Source: Octopus sinensis (lineage: Eukaryota). Taken from it: a DNA stretch of 64,000 nt. Location of the stretch: contig NC_043006.1 of the NCBI RefSeq assembly GCF_006345805.1, positions 21,514,001-21,578,000 on the forward strand, read 5' to 3'. The notes beneath the pieces were generated by a model. That model ran no database searches and had not been told where the DNA came from. It saw only the letters and a list, made by a program, of their open reading frames with translations. The position numbers were made by a program, and so were the translations under genes. Shown here piece by piece: positions 1 through 13,807 of this stretch. Positions within the stretch are counted from its first letter, which is position 1. Every line of letters starts with the position of its first letter.

Positions 1-1211
1 GAAGGTTTAATTCTAGCCAATCTCCACGGATATAAACTTTTACCCATCTCGTAACCCTCGGAACATTTACTGAGTGCCAAAGTTTAATATTAAATGTACT
101 TTCTCTTTCCTTATAACATTATAAAGTTTGATACTGGAGAAAGAATTGGTTAAAAATAAAGGTGATAAAAAATATTTTCTCCATCACCAAACTTTGTCAA
201 CAGTTAAGGTATACGAATGGCTTTCACAACAATTTAGGTATACGACTGGCTAAAATTACATTGCTTTGAGCGCTTAGGAAGGAAAATACAACCGTGTTTC
301 GTGGTCTGCTACCACAACAGCTCCTTTATAGGATCCAGTTAGCTCAAGACATCATCAGGAGGAACCACGTCCGGTTTCGGCCCCTACTCCTCTACCGTTT
401 TGACGTGCCCCCCCCCCCTTTCGGGGGTGTCTTCAGCTCTGGTGTTGGGTGCATGTCTTCTTTCTTCTGTTCCCTGGCCTCTTCGATGTATCGTCAGCGA
501 GTGTCAGCCGGTGACTAACTGACTTGTCAAATTTTTCCCTTTAAATACCTGCCGCTAGGCTCCAGTAGGCAGCCCCAGCAAGTTAACTCATAAAAAATGA
601 ATGCGATTTTTTAACATCGGTGCACAAAACTACACTAGCACTACATTTTTTTAAAATAACCAGGTAAAAATTTGAAAAAATCCAAGTTGTTGGTAGAAAT
701 TCAACAAGATCTCATTATTTAACATGTACGTTTCATATGTGAAATGGCAGAGAGTGAATGAGGGAGACACGGCCGCTGTTTTTAGCCGATCGATTGACTA
801 CGAAGTGGTTTCTTCGCTGTCTAAGAAAGAAAGAACTATATTCGACGAACGTTTTCTCTCATTGTTTATTGATTACAACTGAGATTTATTGTATTTTTTT
901 TTACTAATCCTTGGACAATATTCTCTATCGGATCATTTATTTTAAATGCTAGATTATTTATCATAAGCTACTCATTAGGAATATAGAAACATTTTCATCC
1001 ATCCACAAGTGAAAATCAAAGTTGTTTTTTTTGCGTGTGTGTATATGTGTGTGGTGTGTGTGTGTGCGTATTTGATTATTTATTTGCTTGGTTCGTTGGT
1101 TGTTTGTTTGTCTGTAGTTTATTCTTTTGCCAGACACATTTCCTGCTGTCATATTGTTATAGTAACTAATGTTAGCAAAATCGTCCAGACAAGTGGCTCC
1201 GAATAATTTTC

Positions 1212-1321
1212 AAGTCTATAGAAAGAAAAAGAAGATAATACAAGAACCATTTGCGTACTTCCTTGGGAAGTCTATAGAAAGAAAAAGAAGATAATACAAA
1301 AACCATTTGCGTACTTCCTTG
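1212..1321. repeat. 56-bp tandem duplication
   Basis: aagtctatagaaagaaaaagaagataataca(a/g)aaccatttgcgtacttccttg x2. Confidence 0.92.
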
Positions 1322-1360
1322 AAAAAATTATCTTTTTAAACTTCCAAATACAGGTTTTAA

Positions 1361-1548
1361 ATTTTGGCACAAGGCCAGCAACTTCGTGGGGAAGACACCA
1401 GTACTCATCTCGTATTTATTTTGTCACCTCCGAAAGTATGCAAAGCAAAGTTGACCTCGGCGGAATTTGAACTCTGAATGTGAAGACGTACGAAATACCA
1501 CTAAACAGTTCTCCCCGGGGTACGAATGATTCTGCCAGCTCCCTGCCT
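1361..1548 (-). mobile_element. Diverged SINE family B variant
   Basis: gcaaagttgacctcggcggaatttgaactc...gattctgccagctc. Confidence 0.7.
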
Positions 1549-1678
1549 TTAAATATACAACTATAGAAAATGTAGAAAAACTATTGTTTACCATGTATAA
1601 TTTTAAAAAAAACTTGTTTCACATTATTAATAACTGTTTTCAAAACGTCCGTGTATCTGGATAAACTCTCAAAAGCCT

Positions 1679-1735
<57 letters not shown>

Positions 1736-1761
1736 TTTGTATCTGTATAAATGCACACACA

Positions 1762-1826
<65 letters not shown>

Positions 1827-2437
1827 ACACACATGATGGCTGCAACACGATTTTGAGCAAAGATTTGTTTGATTTGACCCTTAAAGATGAGCAGCATACA
1901 TGTGGATTTTTAGTCCTACAAGGGGCCTACACTCTTTAGCACAGATATGCCAACTACGGATGCCTCTCACGCCTAATGTTAAAGAGAGCTTACCACCCCC
2001 ACTAATATAACCCATCATTGCTTCGTGGAATCTTTCATTGGATGTTGAGCCTTTTTCGGTTACAATCAGCCATTGTATGCAACATGATGTTAAATAAGTA
2101 TTAAAAATGAAGCGATGCCTCTACTTGAAGTTTGTTAAAAAGTGAGAAAAGCTTTGTACATGATCAATCCCATTCTCTGAAGAACGTATAGATTTCCTCA
2201 AATAATAGAAGAACTAGTCTACATCAAAGGCATCGCAGGTTTTCTACTCATTTCAGGTCAGTTACGCAATTTGACTGTATTTCTTTGAACATATTCATTT
2301 GGGTCTACATATGAGTGAAAATGTTAACCATATACTATGAAATTTCCCTTCCGTAGAATTTTTCTTTTGAATTACGTGTGTGTGTGTGTGTGAGTGTGTG
2401 TGTGTGCACACGCGCGCGTGTGCATGTGTGTGTGTAT

Positions 2438-2475
2438 AGATAAGTAGATAGATAGATAGATAGATAGATAAATAA

Positions 2476-2545
<70 letters not shown>

Positions 2546-2575
2546 GGATGGATGAATAGATAAATAAATAGATAA

Positions 2576-2660
<85 letters not shown>
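2438..2660. repeat. (GATA)n microsatellite, representative of dozens of (TA)n, (CA)n, (TAA)n, (CATA)n and (GA)n tracts
   Basis: Directly visible. Confidence 0.98.
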
Positions 2661-3148
2661 GGCAGTGTAAAAATAAAAACAAGTTGCGGGTTGCCAACGA
2701 GTAGTGGAAGCAAAAACAGAGGTGATAGAGCGGATTTTAGTCAAATGTAAAGAAATGTTTCAAAGTATTTTGTGTATCTGGCTAATCTTAACAGATTAAG
2801 CTCATTTAGACTTAACGGAGAATTACAAACGTTATAAGATATTAGATAGTGTTTGAACGGGAAAGATTATCTGCTTATGGTGATGCTGTTTTTGAGAAAC
2901 CGATTAAATGCTCAATTTTTCAATAAGATCAAATCTTGCTTGGGTGGAACCTTCTTTTCGCCTACTTTTATGTTGAAAATATAAGTCTCAGTTATATATA
3001 TATATATATATATATTAATAAAATGAATTCCAACCTTGTCTGATTTTCACGTTTTATTTACAATCTTATAATGATATATTATAAGATAATATATTATAAT
3101 TGAATAAAATAAAATGAAATAGTAGAATGTTAAATGTTCATTCTGATT

Positions 3149-3191
3149 GAACTAGTACTTTCATGCATTGAATTCTGCAATCTTCGGGTTC
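3149..3191 (-). ncRNA. Hammerhead ribozyme with U4C change
   Basis: Minus strand: gaac CCGAAGA ttgca gaattcaa tgcat GAAA gtac TA gttc. It sits inside a (TA)n-flanked element at ~3017-3515. Confidence 0.7.
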
Positions 3192-3509
3192 ATGTAGTAG
3201 TGTTGACAGTCATGCTTCACAATTTTTTACTGTAGCAAGATGATTGATTCTGTGCTATAAATACAGCTGGGTAGGCTCCAGAGTGCTAGGTTTTGCAAAC
3301 TGTATTCTGACCAATCAGTGTGTAGTATCACTCAATTACTTAAGCTGATTGGTTGGTTGAGCTGATTGTTTAGGCATCACTCTTGTTGGACATGTCAAGA
3401 GTCCTGTATCTTGACCCTGGCCGAAGCAGCAATTGTTGGGTTATTTTAGAAATGTTGTAAATATCCTTTGTCAGAGATTTTTATATTTTTATATTTCAAT
3501 TGTCATCAT

Positions 3510-3551
<42 letters not shown>

Positions 3552-4155
3552 GAACAAAACGCCCCCCGTCCAATGGACGGTGCTGAATTGTCAAACATTT
3601 AAACCAAAGTCTCTCAAAACAATTTGCCCGTCCCATAGGCCTCCCCTTTGAGAAACACTGATTTAACCTAAATTTGAGACACTAGCAAAAGAAGAAATAA
3701 AGATAGATATTTTTCTATTCCAAAGAAAAACGATTTGATTCACACAAATATGCAACCGAAGAGTTTAAAGTACCAGTAAGTATATCGCAACAGCTGAAGT
3801 ACTTGCGCGTACAAATGCACGTTCCCACGGCTTTATCGATCGCATTCTCACATGGAATCGATTTTTGTAATCTTGTCAAGACTTATACACGCCCTGATAC
3901 CGTCGGTATCTACTTATTAAATTTGAGCGCAATCGGATGGTGGATGCCCGAGATCCTAGGAGACACACACACACACACACACACAAACACAGAACGGATT
4001 TTATATAATAGATAATGAACTGTTTCGTGGAGATAGGATCAACGAAAAAGTACTCCATCCGGGGATAGATATATGTTATTCAATATACACAATACATATT
4101 TTTTATGTGCTACTAATAGTCACATATGTTGACACATACCTGAAGAGACTCCTAA

Positions 4156-4550
4156 CAGGAGTGGCTGTGTGGTAAGTAGCTTGCTAACCAACCACATCGT
4201 TCCGGGTTCAGTCCCACTGCGTGGTATCTTGGGCAAATGTCTTCTGCTATAGCCCCAGGCCGACCAATGGCTTGTGAGTGGATTTGGTAGACGGAAACTG
4301 AAAGAAGCCCGTCGTATATATGTATATATATGTATATGTGTGTGTATGTTTGTCCCCCTAGCATTGCTTGACAACCGATGCTGGTGTGTTTATGTCCCCG
4401 TTACTTAGCGGTTCGGCAAAAGAGACCGATAGAATAAGTACTGGGCTTACAAAAGAATAAGTCCCGGGGTCGAGTTGCTCGATTAAAGGCGGTGCTCCAG
4501 CATGGCCGCAGTCAGATGACTGAAACAAGTAATAGAGTAAAGAGTAAAAA
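4156..4550 (+). mobile_element. tRNA-derived SINE family A (internal TA/TG microsatellite)
   Basis: Head caggagtggctgtgtggtaag...gggttcagtccc and tail gactgaaacaagtaa. Near-identical copies elsewhere in the window. Confidence 0.9.
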
Positions 4551-4767
4551 GAATATACCTCAGACATATTCATCAGACACAAACGGCTTATCGTAACGAA
4601 CTAATATATGCTTTTAAAGTTTTCACAAAGTGTTAGGCAAGATTTTTTTTCTGCTTTAATGAAAGTATTTTACTCTGTCTCCGGTTCTCGAGTACTATTT
4701 TTGCCCCTAGTGTTGCATTTGTGTGCTTACTCGTATACATACACAAATACATATACATATACATATA

Positions 4768-5001
4768 TATTTCTTTATTACCCACAAGGGGCTAAACACA
4801 GAGGGGACAAACAAGGACAGACAAAGGGATGATTAAGTCGATTAGATCGACCCCAGTGCGTAACTGGTACTTATTTAATCGACCCCGAAAGGATGAAAGG
4901 CAAAGTCGACCTCGGCGGAATCTGAACTCAGAAAGTAACAGTAGACGAAATGCGGTTACGCATTTCGCCCGGCGTGCTAACGTTACTGCCAGCTCTCCGC
5001 C
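4768..5001 (-). mobile_element. tRNA-derived SINE family B (central domain resembling Meta/MESC)
   Basis: Contains gagttcagattccgccgaggtcgactttgcctttcatcctttcggggtcgat; many copies in the window. Confidence 0.9.
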
Positions 5002-5036
5002 ATACATATACATATACATGTGCGTGTGTGTGTGTA

Positions 5037-5093
<57 letters not shown>

Positions 5094-5245
5094 TGTGTGT
5101 GTGTGTGTGTGTGTGTGTGATTTTGAAAAATGACATTTTTTAAAAGGTTATTTGATATTTAAAAGTACATTTTATTTAACAGGACGACACTAATTTCTGT
5201 GGAAGAAGTTTACGTATAGTCATTATTTTGTCTAGCATGTATTAT

Positions 5246-5284
5246 GTGCGTAAGTGCTTTCGTTATCCAACTTTTCAAACCCAC
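5246..5284 (-). ncRNA. Minimal hammerhead-like motif with U3-A8 core in a Penelope-like pLTR
   Basis: Minus strand: gtgggt TTGAAAA gtt ggat aac GAAA gcac TT acgcac, ~60 nt after the end of a GIY-YIG ORF remnant. Confidence 0.62.
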
Positions 5285-5339
5285 GTTTTCCGGACTAATA
5301 CGTAGAGAGAAAGTTGTAGTTAGCAATAGTTTTAATTAT

Positions 5340-5790
5340 TTCCGGTTTAGTCTCGGATTTAGATTTCTTATAAAATATTCTTCTTTCTTGCTTTCATAGG
5401 TGATCATTTTCATATTTTATTTTGTAAATATCTAATTTGTTTTTGCACAAATGTCTAGATGTTTACTTCATGGGACATTTCTAAGAAGATGATTACTTTA
5501 TGCATGACTGATTAGTTTTGTTCCTGCTTCCCCAATGTAATTCTCATTGCATTGTGTAGATGTGATGCAGAAGATGAGAATTTTTTGTTTCGCAAGTCAT
5601 GTATGAATTCACTTTGTGTTCTTTTCCATTCTTAAGTCTTTCTGGATTTTTTCTTCTTCAATTACTTCATATGTCTCACAACGAGGGTCTCCACACTTTA
5701 TTACCCGTATTATTTCCTTTCCTTATGTGAATCTCGTCTTTGTTAGGAGTCTCTTCAGATTTGGAGGTTGTCTTTGGTTACTGATGATTA
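5340..5790 (-). mobile_element. Penelope-like element remnant (Cys-rich linker plus GIY-YIG endonuclease C-terminus)
   Basis: Minus-strand fragments read KRQPPNLKRLLTKTRF, KCGDPRCET, CET K..LIFCITSTQCNENYIGEAG and KEEYFIRNLNPRLN, with frameshifts and stops. Confidence 0.8.
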
Positions 5791-6049
5791 GTTGTCGGAG
5801 ATGCCTTTATCACAAAACTACAAACATCGAGATACTAACCCCAGCCGTGCACAGTTATATATATCATATGAGAAAGGCAAAAGAGTGTGTCTCACGGAAC
5901 GCAAAATGCCATATTGAAGAAGCTAAAACAATTACGATTTTGACTTGCTCCTCAGAGGAACATATTTTAATATTCTCCCAAGGAAAACGACTGAAAAGAA
6001 TGACCCTTACAAACGTGCCCCAGAACTGAATATACATTATTTAGGGATG

Positions 6050-7760
6050 ATATTGTAGGAATAGGGTGATACATTCACCATGAAATTGTTCCCGAAATGG
6101 AGTAGGTCAGTGGTCAAAGTGGATATGGATGTGCTTCTGAGAGCAGAAAATTTCCACAAAATCCCTGACGTTGTCAGATAGACTATTGATAAAGATGTAG
6201 TCAGACTTCTTTAACGACTTCAAGAAAATGCGAGGATTTTCACAAAACAATTGAAAAATGGGACTTTCACGAAACATTCTGGAACTGCACGGGGTGTGCT
6301 GCGGTTCCAACCTCCAGATGGATAAAAACTGGGACGAGTAACGAACATGGTGACCACTCACACGCAGAAGTTGGTAGAGATGAAGCCATACCCAAGAGGA
6401 CGAGCTGTGGTGACGAATCCTACATCGCTTCCGTTATTATCGCCTGACCATCGTCCCTTGCTCCAGGTGCCACACGATCAGGTTGGAACGTCTCTTATTT
6501 ATTTTCTTGTGGAAAGGACGTCGTCCTATGGTCAGGACGTCGTCCTATGGTCAGGACGTCGTCCTATGGTCAGGACGTCGTCCTATGGTCAGGACGTCGT
6601 CCTATGGTCAGGACGTCAGTCAGCTGCCAGTACCCTCTGTGGGACGTGACGGCTGATGCATGCCTTGGCTGCTGATGTGCAGACACATGCTAACGTTGCA
6701 CCACCTACAACAATTCCGAGAGAGTGAAACAGCGTTAATGAGACACTTCATTCTGCAACTAGTCTCTTTGACAAAGCTGCAGTCCTGTATGAATGAAAGT
6801 CTGAGACTGGGCACCTGGCACCTAGAGGTCCTGGCACATACTGCTCTCCACCAGTCGGACAATGAGATCGATGATTTTTCCATTTTAGTAATATATAGAG
6901 TATTAATGGCTGGGAAGTGTGGCGACGTTTTCGGAGAGACTTTGAGTATCGAGGAAAGCAACTACTCTGTTCCAGACGACGTTCCAGTCGCACACCATCG
7001 CAGATAATTATCAGAAGTCTTTAGCCTAGCAGTGCCACGGAGGAGCGCCAACGGTGTGCTATGAGATGGGATTGTCTGAGATGCGAGCTGAGCGACTACA
7101 GCGTTCAGCATGCATTCGTTCAAAGTCCGGGATTGCTGACTTGTTGAACTATGTCGAACAGATGCTGTTGCGTATGGGACAGATCCAGCAATCAGCTGAG
7201 TCCATAGTGATGGCTGGTCTGCCGCTCTCTTGTAATCGGGCCAATAAGGCAATCTCCCTCCGTTTGCTGGTTAAGGTGAAAGATGTTGTCTGATGGACGA
7301 GGTTGAAATGTGTGATGACTGAAACATCCCTCTTTGCTTGATCCCTCATCGACTTTTTCAACTTCCACGAAAGTCTCGAGCCAGTTCATTCAGAAGTGAG
7401 TGAAAGTGAAATCAATGTCAAGTGTGGATGGCACAACTCTGAGTATTTACCCGTGAATCAGGGAACTGGAATTAGAGAAAGCACTTAACGTTGGTCTTCA
7501 GGAATATACCATGGATGGCGGAGTTCCTCAATTGGCCTTAGAGATCCTCCTGTATCACGAGGATCCCATTACTGTCAGCTCTCTTTTTACTAATGTGTAT
7601 TATGCACACTTCTTTTCTTTTGCCTATACTGTGCATCGTGTATAACTTTTACTTATGTCTTTATTTCTTTTCGTCGTTTCATTCTATGTAAATCCCTACT
7701 CCATGTGTCTGTCTTCGTATTGTCCCCTCATCCATTGTCCTGATGGCAAAATAAACGATA
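6050..7760 (+). mobile_element. Degenerate L1/Tx1-clade non-LTR retrotransposon, 3' half of ORF2 plus 3' UTR
   Basis: Broken frames give GV..GSNLQMDKNWDE, YIASVI/YRLTIVPC and a degenerate zinc knuckle (RC...SVQHAFVQS..IADLLNYVEQML). Confidence 0.6.
6515..6617. repeat. 19-bp minisatellite (aggacgtcgtcctatggtc) x5.4
   Basis: Perfect tandem copies; each unit contains the hairpin aggac-gtc-gtcct. Confidence 0.95.
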
Positions 7761-7788
7761 TCAGGATCATCATCGTCATAATTATTAT

Positions 7789-8623
<835 letters not shown>

Positions 8624-8633
8624 ATTATTATTA

Positions 8634-8722
<89 letters not shown>

Positions 8723-8879
8723 ATCATCATTATTTACTTTTAATTTGCATGTTTGTTACAATCACTCGCCGAGGCACACCCAGCGTCCTTGGGCGAGTGA
8801 AGGATAAGAGATGTTGCAGTATGACTGAAAAATTGGGGAGAGGAAGTGACAAGAACAGTAGCGAAATATCTTCATGTAA

Positions 8880-9260
8880 AGCAGCACATGCCTTTAAATT
8901 GATAGGGTTTTTCTAAGGATGTGAGCATTACTTGTCAGCACAATCTTTTGGATTTCTTTGAGACATGCTTCTCCTGTGATATTATCTGGTTGTTTCTGGC
9001 ATTCCTTTCTTATCATACTTAGGGCACCCACAATAACAGTTATCCCTTTAAGATGCTACATCTTTTGTATTTCAATTTCCAGGCCCTTATATTTACTTAA
9101 TTTGTCAAATTCCATCACAGATATATTTTTATCAGTAGGAAAACTTACATCTATTAGTCTACAGGAATGTTTTCTGCAATGCCTTTAATGACTATGTCAG
9201 GTAGATTAGCTTGGATCGTTCTGTCGATGTTGACTGGAAAGTCCCAGAGGATAGTAACAT
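8880..9260 (-). mobile_element. Old R4/Dong-like endonuclease C-terminal fragment
   Basis: The minus strand reads KLSKYKGLEIEIQKM and VIVGALSMIRK. Confidence 0.6.
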
Positions 9261-9939
9261 TATTATTATCATTAAAACATGATATAATATATATTTTAAT
9301 GATTTTTCGTGTTACTTCATTGTTTTAGTTTAGTCGCATGTTTTTGAAACCAACTGATGACGTAATTTGAAGTATGCCTCCAGAGCATACAAATTACAAC
9401 TCTTGTTTTGTCTGTGGATGTATTTATTCTCCCTCTGTGAAGAGGGGTAGCTAGAGACTACGTGATCCATTGTTACTTCTAGGCCATCTCATTATCTGTA
9501 GTTACTTAATGCATTCTGTTTCATTGCATGATTTTGGTTGTAAACGGGGCAGTGAGGTTCGCAGAATTAACGCAAGTGGTCTTCAGGATATTTTATATTT
9601 TATTTTAATGACTTTATATTTTAAACATTTTTTTGTATTCATTCTGCGTAATTATTTGTGTGCATTTATAAATTTTTAACTTGGCCCCTTTATGAGATCT
9701 TTCACCTCTTTCCTTCTCTTACCATAACTTGTTCGCTTCATCCACACACGTATTTCATACCTCCCATCCCACCCTGTTTAACATTCAATACGTTTTATTC
9801 TGTGCTTTCGTGCTCTTGTAGTTATTAAACAAAGAATATTGTTTTAGTTGTATTGTTGTTGATGTTGCTGTTGTTGTCTGTTGTCGTTTCAGCTCCTCGT
9901 TTCCACCGATCATTCTCATCCGCATTTTTCGATGTTTCT

Positions 9940-9982
<43 letters not shown>

Positions 9983-10714
9983 CTTGATGTTGTCCAGCCA
10001 TTCAGTAATCCCGATGTCAGCAATTTTACAATATCATACAACATCCACAACGAAAACGACGACGACGACAACAACAACAACAACATCACCATCAATTCCA
10101 ACATCATCAACAACGAAAGCCATAACATTACGGTTTTTTTGTTTTAATTTTTTTTTTTTTTTGTCAAATATAAAAATATTGAAAATGTCAATAACGATCA
10201 GGCGGGCAATAATAGTTGTGACGGTAGTAATGTTAATGATGACGGTGATGGTTATAATGATGACGATGAAGATAGTGGCGGTGGTGGTGGTGGTAGGCGG
10301 GGATAGCAACGAAGACAACGATAACGACAATGGTGATGATGAAGTGGTATTTTATGATTGAAGCTATAATATTTGCAATAAAGGGGCGGGATTGGCGACC
10401 TCGTTAGCAGTTAATTTGTCATCGTATTTGTTTAAGAAATATTTATGAGTTACCGACCCTGTTCTATACTTTCAAAATATTGTTGGAATATGGTTAATTA
10501 AATAAAGTTAATGAAATATGGTTAATGAAAAACGCCTAATGCTACATAACTAATCATAGCTTCACATTCACAGAACTACATTCATAAATAAATTACTGAG
10601 TAGGCATAGAAGCTCATACACACATATACAAATACAACCATTGCTACTACTACAATAGATATATTTGCAAAGGCTTGGTAAGTATCACCGCTAGCGGAGA
10701 CACGCTACCCTGGA

Positions 10715-10758
10715 CTGGACTGACGACGGGCAATACCCAGAAACATGCATGTATTCAG
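10715..10758 (+). ncRNA. Type I hammerhead ribozyme, intact core
   Basis: ctgga CTGACGA cggg caata ccca GAAA catgcatg TA ttcag. Stem I ctgga/ttcag, stem II ggg/ccc, palindromic stem III. Confidence 0.85.
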
Positions 10759-10971
10759 GTTGCTAGTCCTCTTTGCAAATATAAGGACACAGGAAATGTG
10801 TCAAAGACGACAGGAAGCGTCGATGCTTCCTAGGGCTATATAGCGGTGGTGTAATTCCCGTTACAGGACTGTCACGTTATGTTGACTTTATACAACCACT
10901 CTATCGCTCCACCACTGCACATGTCTCGTTGAGACGTTTAGAAATTCAATATTTCTAATAATAATAATAAT

Positions 10972-11370
10972 TTTGGCACAAGAGCAACAAGTTCGGAGAA
11001 GGGTATAGGTCGATTACATTGACCCCTGTACTCGGCCCCGAAAGAACGAAAAGGCAAAGTCAACCTCGGCAGTATTTGAATTCAAAACGTAAAGACGTAC
11101 GAAATGCTGCAAAGCACTTTCCCCAGCGTGCTAACGATTCTGCCAGTTCGCCACGTTAATAATGATAATGATGATTTTTTAATTTTGGAGGAGGAGGAAA
11201 GTCGATTACATTGACTCCCGTGTTTCACTGGTACTTAATTTAGCGATCCTTAAAGGATGAAAAGCAAAGTCTACCTCGGCGGAATTTGAACTCAGAACGT
11301 GAAGATGGATAAAATGCCGCTAAGCATTTCGCCCCGTGTGCTAACGGTTCTGCCAGCTCACCGCCTTCTC

Positions 11371-11420
<50 letters not shown>

Positions 11421-12050
11421 TGATAATTTTTAAAATTGGTGGGCTGAGGGTGGTAGTCGATTACATCGACCTCAGTACTCGACTAGTGCTTATTTTATAG
11501 ACCCCGAACGGATGAAAGACAAAGCCGACCTTAGCCAAGTTTGAACACGGAACATACAGACGAAAGAAATGCTGCTAAGCATTTTGTCTGGCGTGCTGCC
11601 GATTCTGCCGGCACGCCTTATTATTATTAATAATAATAATAGTAATAATAATAATAATTCTCGACTTGGCAGAATCGTTAGCGCGCTGGGCAAATTGCTT
11701 AGTAGCATTTCGTCCGTCTTTACGTTCTAAGTTCAAATTTCGCCATGGTCAACTTTACCTTTTATCCCTTTGGGGTCGATAAAAGATGATCACTGGGTCG
11801 ATGTAATAGAGACTTACCCCTCCCCGAAATTGCTGGCAAACTTTGAAATCACCATTTAAGCACAGACCAGATCAGATCAGCAATTTTGTAAGTGAAGGGG
11901 ATTTGTTGATACTATCGACCCAAGTACTTGACTGTCATTTTACTTTAGCGACCCTGAAGGTATGGAAGACAAAGCTGACTTCGGCAGGATTTCAACTTGG
12001 AACGAAAAGAGACTTAAGTCATGCCGCAAAGCATTTTGCTAGACATGCCA
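10972..12050. mobile_element. Cluster of ~5 diverged SINE family B copies separated by (TAA)n
   Basis: Repeated gcaaagtc(g)acctcggc(g)gaatttgaact motifs in both orientations. Confidence 0.8.
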
Positions 12051-12069
12051 TTTTCTCAATTATAGGAGG

Positions 12070-13510
12070 TTAGAGCTTGATATAGCGAGGGAAAGAAAGA
12101 GCTCTACCAATACATGCACACAGAGCACAACTTTGTGATCTATATGGTTGTGATCTATATGGTTGTCAGGAACCCGGATACTGGAAGCTGAAAGCGTTCT
12201 TCACGGCGCGTCTAGCTTCCAGAGAGCAGATTAGCAAGTTAGTCCATCGAATGTTGACGGGTGCAGTCATCAACAATCGATGGTAGGGGGCCCTAAAACG
12301 GGCGATTTTGTAGAATTTAGCAGTGAACTAGCGATAGAGAAGACTAGAGTAAGAGGGAAACCTAGTAAGTAATCCTATATCTTTCAGATAGGTGTCTTTT
12401 TCTTGAGTGTAGTCTAGACTGTTTGTGCTCAGCTCAGCTCAGTTCTAGATGTGAGAGTAATTCTTTGTTGTTGACCTCCTCTGAACAATGCATGTCAATG
12501 ATAGTTGGAAGTTTAAATCAACTTCTGGCTCTGAAGAAAAGTGCTGATGCAGTTTTAGCTTCGTTATGGGCGTGATTTCGTAATGATGCAGTTTTAGCTT
12601 CATTAAGGGCGTGCTTTCGTCATGCGATTGCATCGGTAAGCGACTCAACAACTGAAGTGGTTTTGAGGATTCTAGTTGGGTGCTGCTCGTGATTAAGAGG
12701 TGTCTAGTGCAATATGATATCTTATTCACGTTTTGTAGAGTGAACACGGAACTTTGTAGCGATCACGTTTTGTTGCCTTTGGAAGAAAAGGTTTTAATGA
12801 ACCCAAATGAAAGATACTGATATTTCCAGCGTCTCTGTTCAAGGAATCATTGTAGGTTTGACGTGTGGTATCGAAGCCGAGAGGGCGTGATGCATGGCTG
12901 GAGAGCGCTGGAGAGAGATGAAGAGTAGCATCGTCTTTTTAAACATGGATGCTGGTGGATGTGGCGGCAAGCAGATTGTGTATAGGAAAAAGAGAGCAAG
13001 GAACAAAAGCGTAACCTTGGAATACATCAGAGTTGATATAGTGAGGGAAAGAAAGAGCTCTACCAATACATGCACACAGAGCACAACTTTGTGATCTATA
13101 TGGTTGCCCTAGATAAGCTTCATTGTCTGGAACCCGGATACTGGAAGCTGAATGCGTTCTTCACGGCGCGTCTAGCTTCCAGAGAGCAGATTAGCAAGTT
13201 AGTCCATCGAATGTTGACGGGTGCAGTCATCAACAATCGATGGTAGGGGGCCCTAAAACGGGCGATTTTGTAGAATTTAGCAGTGAACTAGCGATAGAGA
13301 AGACTAGAGTAAGAGGGAAACCTAGTTAGGAAATTAGAAGTAGCTCTCAGAAGAGGTATAGCAACTGACTTCCCAGCAGCGAGATTGGTTCTGAACCAAT
13401 TCTTCAACACCAAGCATGAAGGTTGCATTGTCAGAGCTAGAGCGCGTGCTCGAAAGCAGGAGGGAACGAGATCCATTCGATCGCCCGAGTGGCTGAATTG
13501 CAACGTGGTA
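12070..13510 (-). mobile_element. Degenerate CR1/Jockey-type LINE reverse transcriptase remnant with internal duplication
   Basis: The minus frame near 13040-12900 reads INSDVFQG...NLLAATSTSIHV*KDDATLH, a decayed PQG...YADD region. 12070-12370 duplicates 13030-13330. Confidence 0.6.
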
Positions 13511-13614
13511 TAATATTAAGAACTTTTTCATTTATTGCAAGAGAATTTTGGGGAGATAAAATCCTCGTTTTGCCATTTCTTCTGGCGAGCAGTTAAAGAA
13601 AATTTCTGGGTACA

Positions 13615-13757
13615 AATATACAAATTTAAATACAAAATAGCGAAATAATAAATGGATTTATGATTGAAAGTTTGGAATTGCATTTATTTCCACCACGTGA
13701 CACTTATTATTGCAAACATGCTTTAACTAACCTATACTATATACACACACAAATATA

Positions 13758-13807
<50 letters not shown>

